A program made the translations under genes and the position numbers. Below, piece by piece: positions 51,760 to 64,000 of a DNA stretch of 64,000 bases; within the stretch, counting starts at the first letter, position 1; each line of letters opens with the position of its first letter. Origin of the DNA: a virus (lineage: Duplodnaviria; Caudoviricetes); IMG/VR virus record IMGVR_UViG_3300021399_000102, positions 1 to 64,000 of that record; one strand, written 5' to 3'. Under the pieces are notes generated by a model. The model did not search any database and was not told the origin of the DNA. It was given only the letters and a program-made list of their open reading frames with translations.

Positions 51760-52359
51760 TCAATAAGTCTAATCTTTTTTCATCCAAGAGTCTATTTTAA
51801 CCTCATATTTTAGTTCCCGAGGACGAATAACTTTTGTTCTTGGAACTTGGGTCTTGAGTCTTGGACAAGTCTTTCTGAATCCATTTGCTTGAATCCCATG
51901 TTCTATTTCGTGCATGTCAGGCAATCCCTTGAAGATGTAATCAACGCAAGCTGCTGCCTGCTCCATGGCAATTGCGTCATAGACACGTGGATCAAAGTCA
52001 GGGAGTTTGTCCCACCAGTTCTCCGGGAGTTGGTTCTCCTCAATCTCCAGCTTGTACAATGGAGTCTTTGGGTTCTTGTGGCAAGCACCATCTGAAGCAG
52101 AGTATTGCCCAGAGCCAGCACCTCCTGCTCCACCTCCACATCCACCACCCTTGACTTTCTCCTTTATGGTGTCTTCAACCTGAGAGCCTACTTCCTCTCC
52201 TATTTTCTCGCCGATGTATTGCCCAATCATTCCACCAATTGGACCACCGTAGGCAGAGCCAATGGCAGCACCTGCTTGTCCACCTGCCTACGCTCCAATT
52301 TGACCCCCCATTTCCCCACGAGGAGTTTCCAATATGCTTTCTTTTTGTTCGTTGTCCAT
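51760..52359 (-). CDS. Glycine-zipper protein, 199 aa with 2 in-frame TAG
   Basis: GGQIGA(TAG)AGGQAGAAIGSAYGGPIGGMIG; TAG at 52288 and 51769; TGA at 51760. Confidence 0.7.
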
Positions 52360-52374
52360 GCTAGATATTCGCAC

Positions 52375-53724
52375 TTATAGGTCTTGTATCAAATCCCATT
52401 GCTTTATTACACACCATATGGAGTTTGTCGAAGGTTCTCGCATTTTCAATACGAATGGCGCGTTTGTTATTGTTGCATAAAGACCATTTGTGTATCCTAT
52501 TTCAGGTGATATTGCGATTTTTATGTTCTTCGATTGTGGAAGTTGGGAGAAAGAGATGATGAAATTGGAATCTTCTGGAACATTTAACAATTCACCTTTT
52601 GATTCATATTTGCATTGTGGTATCTCCATAAACACCAAATCAAAGTTTCTTTGCCCAAGGGGTGGTTCGACTCCAATCGTGGTACCTGCCATGAACACGC
52701 CATTTGTGTTTGGTTGGAGTTTGATTTCTGTGACCCCACGGAGCATTGGTTGGATATTTTGCATCTTGTCCAATTCATCTTCTTCGTGTTCGACCCCATC
52801 TCCAACAATTGTCGTGTTTCCATTTTTCATCATTATCAACAAATCGTTCAATACGCCATCACGCATTGCAGAGAACGCCAGTTCAAGCCGATTGGTTGGA
52901 ATCTAACCATTTTTGTTCACAATTTGCCATTGTCTGAATTGGAGTGTATTCATCTCTGAATTCTTTCCAGCACCTATCTGGACAGAACCTCTTGCAGTTG
53001 CTTCTGCATTGGTGTTTCCTTCATGAGACCCTATAGATATCGCATTGATTGCTGATGCTCTGGATTTTCCACCTATTGCGATTGCGATGTTTGTTACTGA
53101 TCTTGCGCTATACCCAAGAGCAATAGATTCACTTCCAGATGCATAGGTTGCATCCCCCGTTCCTTGTGTCACATCCTCGTTTGGATGCTAGGCTCCGTTT
53201 CCAATCGCTATTGCATTGCTTGATTTTGCTTGTGCATGCCATCCTATCGCAATTGCCTGCGATTTTCCACCAGGAACAACCGCATCAGCATAGTCTCCAA
53301 TGGCGATTGACACTGACCTCAATATGGTTGGCTTATCTATGCCATCTATGTACGATTGGGGGATTTTGGCCTTTGCTCTGAATCCAATTTCGATTGCAGA
53401 ATTCTAATCTTCGCCATTTCCATCTATGAATGTAACTCCAATCTATTCTTTTTCTGGCGAAAGCGATATTGGGGATAGATCAATGGAACGACCCAAATCT
53501 TGCACCACTTTTGGGATGAAATTGGTGTATGTCTGTCCAGAATCATGCCTGGTCATCACCACATTCAATTCGTTTGATTTGACGAATCCGTGTTCATGTA
53601 CAACCTTTTCAATTGTTTCATCCAAGTTCACATCCCACCATGTCTATTCTTGAATGGAGTATGCGTCCATTGTCAATACCATGGATAAAAGAACGAGTGC
53701 AATTTCTATTGATGTATTTTTCAT
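52375..53724 (-). CDS. YadA-head-repeat adhesin-like protein, 449 aa with 5 in-frame TAG
   Basis: Repeated (S/A)IAIG..A.A motifs; hydrophobic N-terminus; TAG at 53644, 53443, 53404, 53188 and 52903. Confidence 0.72.
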
Positions 53725-53756
53725 CTTGATTTTGGATTTATGTATGTTATATCATC

Positions 53757-53819
53757 TATTTACAAAATCCTATGGCAAGAAAGATTTCAAGCCCTTCTTG
53801 CATAGGTTTATGGTAAATA
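53757..53819. promoter_or_regulatory. Back-to-back putative late promoters (GTAAATA on each strand)
   Basis: TATTTAC 53757-53763 and GTAAATA 53813-53819 with an imperfect inverted repeat between them. Confidence 0.65.
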
Positions 53820-53855
53820 CCAACATAAGGTTTGTAGATAGGAAGAAAAGAAACC

Positions 53856-56800
53856 ATGAGGCATAACGTAGAAGACTTGAAGGGCAGGGCGTTGGTTGAG
53901 AGCAACATCCTCAAGCAATTCATATTGTCGGCGACAGCGAAGAAGAGAGGCGAGTTCAAGCCACAGTTGGACGATATCTTGATACATGACTATCAGATGG
54001 CGAATTCTGTGACATTGAACGTCATTCTTTCCAACTATATGGTTGACCTTGCCTATGCCATAGATTCCATAGAGAATCCTCTTTATGGTGGGAATAAGGA
54101 CTCATACTTCAAGTTGGTGCGCGACTTGGATGAAACCAACAACCATCTCGACGACCAAACAAGGTTGGTTCTGGACGTAGCCGATGGAGATGGTACGTTC
54201 AAGTCTCGTGACTTGATTCTTCAGATGAAGGAAGTGTGGAATCAAACTCTGAAGGTAAAGAAATTCTTCAATCTCGATTCAATCTGGTATTGCCAAAGGG
54301 ATGGGAATGCTGGAAATGACAGGATAGATATTGTTAATGAGATGAACGATTTCGTCCGTGATGCCAATCCATTTGGTGACAATCCGTTTGACAAGCCATT
54401 GTTTGGAGATGATGGCACATCTTTAGGATATACATTCAACAAATGGCTTACTGAACTCAATTGCATTATAGAAAATAGATTCTACAAGAATGTCCTCAAG
54501 GACGATGGCGCGAAAGGGACACATACCAATTTTGGGGACATGATTTCCAAGTGTAGGTATTTGCTTTGCGGACATGGTGGATTCTATGGATTGGAGGCAT
54601 ATTGGGACACGACAGGAGGCGAGAGGGCTTTCAAGGGCTTCAAGTTGCACGATATTGGGGCAACACTTCCAATTCTTGGCAAATCCTTGGAATACAAGTT
54701 CTGCAGTTTCCACGTCATAGGAAATGCAGATGAGACTACGTTGTTCTTGGCAGTAAAGGAGAAGTCAGGTGGTCTATATCACTATCTTTACTTGAATGAA
54801 AGTTCGATTGACGAAACCTACGGCTTCACTGAGATTGATTCTGTTGTCGTTGACCAATTGATTGTTCAACCTTCTGAGGTGTTCTCCTGGGTGGATAGCG
54901 TAAGGGAATTGGACACTGTCAACATAGCCCTTACTGACTATGGCTTCTGGGACATTGAAGCAAACCAAACCAACAACATCACCTATTCATACAGAAATGG
55001 AAAGTCCTATGAAAATAATGTGACTCCTGCGTTCAATGGAGACAACACCAAGCTGATTGATCCAACGATTTCCATTAAACCGACCACCAAGTATTGCGAA
55101 TATTCCCATGAGGAGGAATCTGGTGATGAAGAGACATATAGGATAGATAGGCTTTGGAACAAGAAGGATGGATACTGGTATGCCTGTCAGGAACTTGATA
55201 AGCCCTATAGAAGTTCCATAGTTGGAAACAATGGCAATACCTTAAATCTGGTTGGATGTACCGAACACTTTGCTGTATATGATTCCAATGGAAACGACCC
55301 CATCCATATCTTGGTCAATTTGTCTGAAGAGCAATTCAAGAACCTGTTGTTCTCTGATGCGCAATTGACAAACTACTTCATTGAATGGCTTTATGATGAG
55401 GTAATACACCCCCTCAGAGATGTGCCAAATGGCGATACCAGGGAGGAATGGTACTTGTACAACAACTATTCTGCCTTCATAGCCAATTTGGGAAGTTCTC
55501 TGGCACCATCTGACGCAAATGAAATCTCATATTCTGACCTTCATTTCCAATTGAGGAAGGAATATTCATCTTCTGACACGACGATAAAGATAGACCTTTC
55601 AGACAAGTTTGGCTTGGTGGTAGGGCCAGACGACAGCCATCATGGTGTTGTAGATATGTATGACGCATCTGCAAGCACACTGACACAATATTGTACTGCC
55701 CTCAATGATATAGTAAATGCTCTATATGGAGATATGGTTGATGGGTCAGGAAACCCAACGGGGAATCTGAATGTGAATTGGCTCATAGATTCTGGTGAGT
55801 CGTCCCTCATATAGAACATGTACAACCTCTTCTCCAATGTAACTTGGGGAACGAAGCGTGATGCATTTGTGGAAAAGACCATAAAATCCCTGATATAGGC
55901 GTTTCTCCCTTTGGAGTATTTCAATCCATATCTTACGGCACATCTCAAAGAAGACCTCAAGAAGTTTGATTCTGCAATAGAATCTCCTGAAACACACACT
56001 GATGCGGTCAAGCTTACCGAGAATGAGAAAAAGCGTGTTGTGAAAGCAGTATAGAACTATATAGAGGGCAAAGTCAAGACTTCCCTTGTGCTTGGAAAAT
56101 ATCGCAATTCTGACCCAGAGGACAATACAAGATATCCGGACATTGAAAAATATCTCCAAAATACTGAGCGTAAGATTAGCAAGCTTCAAGCAAGAGACAT
56201 TATGTCCTTGACAAATACGCTCAAGGAAGTCACATTTGCTGTACAATCCACGAAGTTCATCAATGGTTGCGATTCATTCGCCAAGCTCGCCAGAATACGT
56301 GATGATTCAGACCTGTTCGCAATGGCAGAGAATGCCTCATTTGTCGCCCTATCCAATCTCGTCAAGTCAGATGGAGAAACCTTGAACGTGAATTGGTCGC
56401 AAGATGGTGGCCGAGGAACTGACGTGAAGGGGTGGATGTTTGACCATGAAAATTGCTCTGACGAGAATATGCTCAAGGCATTCATTAGAACCCAAATCTA
56501 TCGTCCTCTGTTCTTCCAATGCAACAATTATAGCAATTTCACGAGCAATTCTGAGGCGTATTATTGCGTCACCGAAAAGTATTTCATTGACCATGTTGGA
56601 AACGAACACAAGGTGCTTTTCACCAATTGGCCAGATGAAGAAACGCTTTATATCTCCAAGGATGGGGCAGAAGATCCAAATGGAATCAAGGACATACTTG
56701 AATCTGATGAAATATCTCATGGCGAATATACTATTCCATCTGACAGCATTAAATATTTCCCAATCTCCAACAAGTTTGAGTATAGCATAAGCTACAATCC

Positions 56801-59800
56801 TGTTCAGATTGAAGACAACAAGTTTGTCATAAACGACGTTGAATATTATGTGGTAAGATCTGATGGTGAGGAAGATAGTCCAATCAACAGCATCTACTTC
56901 AATGAGTTCCAAAGCAACACTGAGGGGCAGAACCAAGTTGCGCAGGTGATTGATGGCAACAAGTTCACGCTCAATGGCTTGGAATATGTCATAGAGGGAA
57001 ATGAGATTTCCATACCTTCTGTGACCCAAGTATTTGACGAGAATGCCACTGATGATGAAGTCTCTGATGAGGACAAGGGAAGATATAAGGAGTGGAAGTG
57101 TGACATAGTGGACGACAGGTTCCAGTTTGATGGCATTTGGTATGTGCTTGTGAGGGATGCCAGAAACAATTACGCATCCGTTGAGTATGCTGACAACAAG
57201 GACAACAAGCTTATTCCACTTCTTGTGACAATAGATGGCGTTGCAGAATACAAACCTTGGGAGCTTAAGTTCCAGTTTGAGACCTATGGAGCCAATGCTT
57301 GGAAGATTGTCAGGGCAGTCAAGAAGCATCAATCAGATGTCATTGACCGATTGGCATAGGAATGGTGCGAGTTTGACGGCACAATTGACAGTCCATCTGA
57401 ATATGGATTTACCCCCAATAAGACCTATGATTGGTATGTCGCAAACGAACTTCTAAAGATTCAGCAGCAACATCCAATTGAATACAGGAAACTTCTGAAC
57501 CTTGGTTCTGGAAAGCTCTTCAATGGAGCATTGAAGCTCATCACAAGCACGGTTCCACCAAGAGATTGCATTCTCCATATGCGAAATGAACTTCAGAACG
57601 AGGATGTTGTCACTGTTTGCGAGCTTGTCAAGAAGTATGACGACAATGAACAGGTCCAGTTCATGGGAGTGCTTTTCGACAGGGACATGAATCTTGATTC
57701 TGTCAGAATGTTCCGTGGTGATCTATCCGGAAACATTGCCATAGAAGGATCATCCGGAAGGTTTGCATTCTTTGTCAAAGAACTTGGTTCTGGTCTGAAC
57801 AACGTCAATGTTGCTTGGACAGACTATTCAATATGGAATGCATCTCACCAAATTGTTCAGAATGCCGCAGAAGCGCAAATAGACGAAGAAACAAACCAGA
57901 TTGGGTTCTATTGGGATGCAAACCCAAATTACTCAGAAACCTCCAAAGTCATATTGACTCCAATATACAGACTTGACGATGAAGGAAACGAAACATCAGT
58001 AATAATCAAGTACAATGTTGATATAGACAATGGACTTAAACAATATACAGTTTGGGTCAATGGTCAATATGTGCATTTCATAGTCAATGAAAACAGATAT
58101 AGGTTGAATCTTTCAACAAACAAGGTCGATAGATTGGTCATAAACGACATTCACGTTCAGACCGTTGACTTCTCCACGTCATACAATCCAGAGCAATTGA
58201 AGGACAATTTGGCTCAGAACGTCAAGAATGCGATGCTCAACCAGATTGTATAGAAGGTCATAGACAGTGAAGCCACATCTGCTGGAGGGGAAATAACAAT
58301 TCAATTTGAGCGGCCACTTGCCCTATACTTGGATGTGTTCACTGATGCAGAATCGTTGGATAACTATGTCATTGCCAACAATCTGGAAATTGATTCTGAC
58401 GATTGCGTGAAGTTCTCCCAAGTGTTCAAGAACAACCTTGTTGACATAGATGAATCCAGAATGGTGGATGGCAATGTGTATCGTCATCTTTCAGACAACA
58501 TAACGAGGACGTTTGGCAGAAATTCCAACCTTCCGGTGGTTGATAGTCCATCCATATAGGTGAAGAGAATAAAGGTTGGTTCAAAGGACACTGACACATT
58601 TACGTACAATGTTCTTATGGACGTGTACATAATGCAGAACAAGGAGTGGATGAAGAAACATAGCACTTACGATGGGAAGTATGTCATAGCCAATGCCATA
58701 GTCAAGGACATGGAATGTTCAGTGACAATAACTCCAACATATCACAAGGCTGATGGCACAATATCATATGAAGCAAAGTATGTGGTGAACAAAAAGCCGA
58801 GTAATCGAGACACTTATGATGTGGAGTACAACCAAATCGTATATAACTACAATGGCAAGACCAAGCACATGACCACTGCAGCCACCCGCAAAGTTCAAGA
58901 TGGTGTGAATTTCTTGGATGTCATAGGTCTTAATTTGACATATTCCACGAAAGGTAATTTGAAGGTTAGAACCACTCCAACCACAAGAATCATAATAGAC
59001 GAAATCATCTCCAAGGAGATATAGAACATCTTTGTCCATAAACTTTCAGATAATACCTATGATTACGACTACATCAAGATGTTCAACAAAATCAACAATG
59101 CTATTTCTAGTCCTGAAATAGTGGATAATTCTGTTGTGGAAAATTATGGCTATGATGCGGACAAGATATGGCCGATAGGGGGAATTATTCATAGGGATGG
59201 TGGGGAACTTGTCAATGTAAATAGAGGGTAGACATACATTAGGGGTCAGTTATACAAGATTGATGACGACACCAAATTGCTTCCATTAACTGGATCTCAG
59301 GAATATGGCATCAATGATGTGAAGATACACGCATATGAAAATATTCCTGTGATGAAGGTTCTTGTTCCTGTTTCCGACACAAATCAACAGTATCTTGTAC
59401 AGTATCTTAAGACCTTTAGCTTTGGTTCTGAGCCACATTTGACCTTTACAACTGACATAAGTGAAGCACATCAATTCCAAGTTGCAGTGGTTAAGCCAGG
59501 GGATTGGACAGTATCTAATTGGATTGAAACAAACATAGGTGATTCAAGGGTCATAGATGGAAAGACATATACAAGGGACAATTTTGGGGAAGATTCGTAC
59601 TTGAAGCCAGTAAAGGCAAATCCTGAGCAGGGCACTGAGGAGGGATATGAATTCAAGCAAGTTGCAACAAGCGAAAAGGTACTTGTTTATAAGGACAACT
59701 ATATCACCACAACATCTGAACAAGGCAAGTTCTCGGTGAAAGCTCTTGGAACTGGAGAGAATAGAGATGTGTTCCTTTGCTACAATCCACGTTCAGGAAA

Positions 59801-62800
59801 GCCAAGCAGATTCCATGTCCAAAATTACAATACTACCCATACATTTGACACAACGAAGCTTGTCAATATTGCATTGTATGAAGGAAGCATTAGGAATAAA
59901 GACACTGACAACCCAAATGTTCTGAACTATGTATATTTGACCACCTCTCCTGGGTTCTATCCTATTTCCCCGTGGCTTGTCCGTGAGGGTTCTCATTCTG
60001 AAATCAAAGGTTTCTTGATTACTGAATACAATGGGAGAGAAGAAAGGAGACTTGGACCTGGGCTTAAAGATGGCGAAGTATTTTAGCAGTCATTTTCTTG
60101 GTTGTCAAATGAAACGCCAAAAACCGAAGAAACAGTGAGAATTAAATTCGGTGTCAATAGAGTTGAACAAGTAGCTTCGCTTCCGAAGGACGAGGACGGC
60201 AAGCCAACTGGGGAGCTTGGTGTCCTATACGTAGTGACGGACGGAAAGAACTACTATATGACCCAAGTCGGGGTTGACGGTCTTGGCTATCCAACATATG
60301 ACTATGTTGAAACTTACGACACTTGGGATGGGTTGGTCGGTACGCAGATTGAAATACCTGTGGCATTCTCCAAAATCAATACCGACAGTCCAACGGTAAG
60401 CATAGCCAATGGAAGTTATGTGTGCTATTCAATGGATTCCGTTCCAGACTCACGAACATAGAATTATGTTGTGGATGTAATGGAATACACTGTGCGTTCC
60501 GGAGACATAAACCAAAGCCCATTGATAGGAGATGAAACCAATTATGTTTCTTCTGAGGAGACGCAGGAAGCACAAGGTGAAGATGTCGTCCGAATCACCA
60601 AGACAATATCTTTCACGCCTATGGTGATTGTAAGGAGGAAGAAGTTTGCATTGGATCGTGGAAGCTCATACATAGCATCCAACAGTATGTATGTCAATTG
60701 TGGGAATGATGATCCTTTGCAAACCCAATACGTCATCAGAGCAACTGATTTCGGTGGAGATAAAGTTGGGACTTTGGAGTTTGGATTCTTGTCCTTGCCT
60801 TTGGATTTGGATGATGATGCTGATGAAACATATTACACTAAAAGGCTATCTGAAATAAATGCGCAAAGGAAGGACGGTGAGAAACTTCTGATGAATGAAA
60901 TCCAACATAGGTCAATAGACGAATACACCTGGAGCTATCCTGCGCATTTCGAGTTTCAGGGAAATGGCATCATAAGTGATGGAACTGACTGGCCAATTTC
61001 GCTTGATGTACTTCCCCCTGGAAAGCTCCCTGATGATGATGGAGACGTATATAACAGAGTGTATGAAGTCCAACAGAAGGTATATGCATAGCATGTGGAT
61101 TTCCCGGAAGGAGACTATCCTGGGAAGGATGATGCTTCAGGAGCAAATTCTGTGTGGATAGACAAGGCGAGTATGGCAGCATCCATAAGCGCAAAGGATA
61201 ATGTTGATGATTGGAAGAAACTCATATACAAATGCGTGGACGACAATCTGACATCCAACATAGATGATGCCGTTCCACCAAGGATGCGCGAAAGCGTGGA
61301 GAAGCTTATTTCCAAGACGACATTCTTGGACGATTCGTATTTCCATGTAGTTCTCACGCAGCTACAAACGTTTCTTGACATGATTGCAGGAGAGTTGCAT
61401 CAAGAGTTTGTGTTGTCAGACATTGCCAATCTTTGCAATTTCGAGTATTCCATGAAGGGAATAAAGTTCAAGAACCATGATGCAAATCAGAGAAATTGGG
61501 CAAATACGGGTGGCTTGTTTGGATATAATCGTTCTGGAATTGAATATACGTCGTGTTTGGAGAGTTTCAAGAACCACCTGCTTGACGAGTTCAAGAGCGA
61601 CTGGAGGAAGATTACACCAGGTGTTGTGGATGACGACGATGAGGACACCTATATAGGGAATAGGGATTACCACTATATTCTATTGTCTTCTCCAATTGAC
61701 TATACCAATGCGGCCAATATTGCGAAATTGCGTAACGACACTCTTTGGGAGATGTGGAGAACATTGAACTATCCACCAGAAACTCCACCCGATATCATAG
61801 ACCAAATATTCCAAGAATCGTCCGACAAGGTCAGGTACATCAATGCGACAAAGACAACAATAAATGGAAACTTGATTGGCATGTTCGTTGCTGACACCAC
61901 ATGCAATTTGTTCGTGAAGACATAGACATCAGATGTGCAACCCAAGGACATTGTGAGATGGTACACATTCGACGCGCAAAAGCCGACCATGGATGCCATT
62001 GTTAGATATAGGGTTTCCTCTGATACTGGCGACTATGTGTTTGAGCCAAGGATGCGATTCACAGACTATTCAATATCGAACGATGGATGGCTGTTCAAGA
62101 TGCTCAACAGAGATTTCGTTGGAACTTCAAGGATTTCTGACGCATTTGCCATCCATTGCGAGCAGGAATCTGAAACAGAACAAGCATTGTGGTATGTTCC
62201 ACAACTGGATGCGTACATATATGGAGCAAACTCAACAAGACCAAACGCAAACATTGATGGCATATTCGACATGGTGTATGAGCAATATGGCGACAGGCTT
62301 TATGTCCTCTTCAATGGGGACAACCATCTCTATGCCTACGACAACATTGGTCAGACAAAGACGTTCGATGGATTCGTGATACTCAAGAAGGAGACTGCAA
62401 CGTTGAAGCTCAAGACGTTCAATTCAATTCAGATAACCAACGACAAACTTGAGTATGGCAGGTTGTTCCTCGACTACTTCAGGACGGAAGCTGATGAGGA
62501 TGCTGAATACCACAATTGGCGCATAATCCTCTATGGAAAGCGTATAGACAAGAATACACAAGCAGAAACATTCAACAGGGAGATTTGGTACTTCAGGCCA
62601 GGTTTGGATAGGAGGGGCTATCAGCAATACAACTCCATCATGTTTGGAGATTCGTTGTTCGACGAAGGGCAACTCCGATTCCACAATATCTCCAAGAACA
62701 AGGACATGTACGACATCCTCGACATAAACGAGGTTGATGGGAGATACTATGGATTGTTCAAGAACGAGAATGCTGGATCAGAAGTCAATGGGAAAGAGAC

Positions 62801-64000
62801 CTATACCGTATTCAAGGCTGAGAAGGAAGGTGGTGTGGTTCAACGCCTCCCTTGGCAGATATTGAACAAGCATATGTACAGAACCAACGACAAGCTTTAT
62901 TCGTTGTTTGTGGTATCCAACGAGCCAGAGGAAGGGGAGACGTATCATCCAGTGCTCAGGGAGATTTCTGTCCCAAATTCTGACGAATATCCAAATAGGG
63001 TCATAGACATCAACAAGCTCTTCAAGGACAACAATGGGGAGAACGGGTGGAAGAACGATCTTGACGTGTATGGTTTGCTGATGGACGAGTTCAAGCTCAA
63101 GAGCAGGGAGGGGCAGATGTTCGCCCTCACCAACAAGGGCTTCCACAAGATTGACTACATAGACCAATTCAAGCAATTGTCCATAGACAAGTTGGCAGAC
63201 TTCAAGGACAGGTTGCACGATACGTTCAATGCGACGGTAATTCAGAAGCACATGGATGATATGCACAACGGGGAGCAGGATTACTACTTCGCCGTGTTGA
63301 GGAACAAGATAAACCAGTTTGCTGACGATTTCACGGTGTTCGATCTCATTCCAACCGAATTCACTGAGACCCAGGACGTTGGCGTAATCCCCAATGGACC
63401 AGTGACCGACATTGATACGATTGAAGACCATAGGGATGATTCCATCTTGACTTCCACGGACATTCTTTGGACGGATGGAATGTTCGCGCAATCCGACACA
63501 AACCCTGGAATAGTCACTTGCGCAATCTCAAACCCTGCAACAATCTACGACGACAACAGCGTATTCACGAAGTTCCAACGCAACCCGTCGATAGAGGGGA
63601 CAGAGTTCTATGATTTCATCAACGACCAAGATGGAAACACCTTGATGGACTTGTATGCGATCCCGTTCATATACAGAATCAACTCCAACAACACATACGA
63701 CCTCTACATCAACGTGCCAACCACGAGGACGAAGTACCTCAACAGGATTGCTGGAACGTTGCAGGACAATGGCACGGTCCAGGTTCTTGCTGGCGATACA
63801 AGGACGCGCTTGAACTTCCTTGAAGAGCCTATGGCGAACAACTTGAATGAATCCACCACGAGGTTGCAAGTGTTCATGGACAAGAAATATCTTTCCATTG
63901 GCACCATTGATCTGGTGGAGATTTCTGGAAACTCAATTCCAACGCAAATCTACAGGGACGTTCCAAACAACGGTCTCTACGATTCCATAGCCCTTGAGAG
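53856..64000 (+). CDS. Giant putative virion protein, >3380 aa with 12 in-frame TAG (3' truncated by window edge)
   Basis: Nine track ORFs share one frame, interrupted only by TAG (55812, 55896, 56052, 57357, 58251, 58557, 59022, 59229, 60084, 60459, 61089, 61923); open to the window end. Confidence 0.8.

Noticed and set aside
52664-52674. GGTTCGACTCC resembling a tRNA T-arm (possible suppressor tRNA)
   Set aside because: It lies inside a coding region and no cloverleaf could be built around it.
37852-64000. Pseudogenes or sequencing errors explaining the fragmented ORFs
   Set aside because: Every interruption is TAG, with no TAA/TGA or frameshift, and frames stay continuous for up to 10 kb.

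Overview
This is a 64-kb segment of a large T4-like (myovirus-type, probably jumbo) phage genome. It carries the C-terminus of a gp23-type major capsid protein, a UvsW helicase, a family-B DNA polymerase, chaperones (DnaJ, Hsp20, GroES-like), MetK, methyltransferases, glycosyltransferases, fibre/adhesin proteins and two giant virion-type proteins. The main result is that TAG appears to be read as glutamine (translation table 15). About 61 in-frame TAGs join many track ORFs into 14 long genes, no gene I called ends in TAG, and TAG aligns with CAG/CAA in internal repeats and paralogues. The TAG-containing genes all lie at or downstream of a recurring GTAAATA motif (putative late promoter), while replication and early genes behind sigma70-like promoters are TAG-free. 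Other highlights: (1) the DNA polymerase is fractured at motif C by a split intein with only a 14-residue N-fragment, with a free-standing endonuclease between the halves; (2) unrelated late proteins share an MKW-x-R/K-LY-x-ES N-terminal tag resembling a capsid-targeting and cleavage signal; (3) a TnpA-less tnpB element with definable ends; (4) a tandem-domain plus single-domain GroES pair; (5) a late glycan-synthesis cluster. All calls come from reading the sequence by eye; no database searches were run, and no suppressor tRNA was seen in the window.
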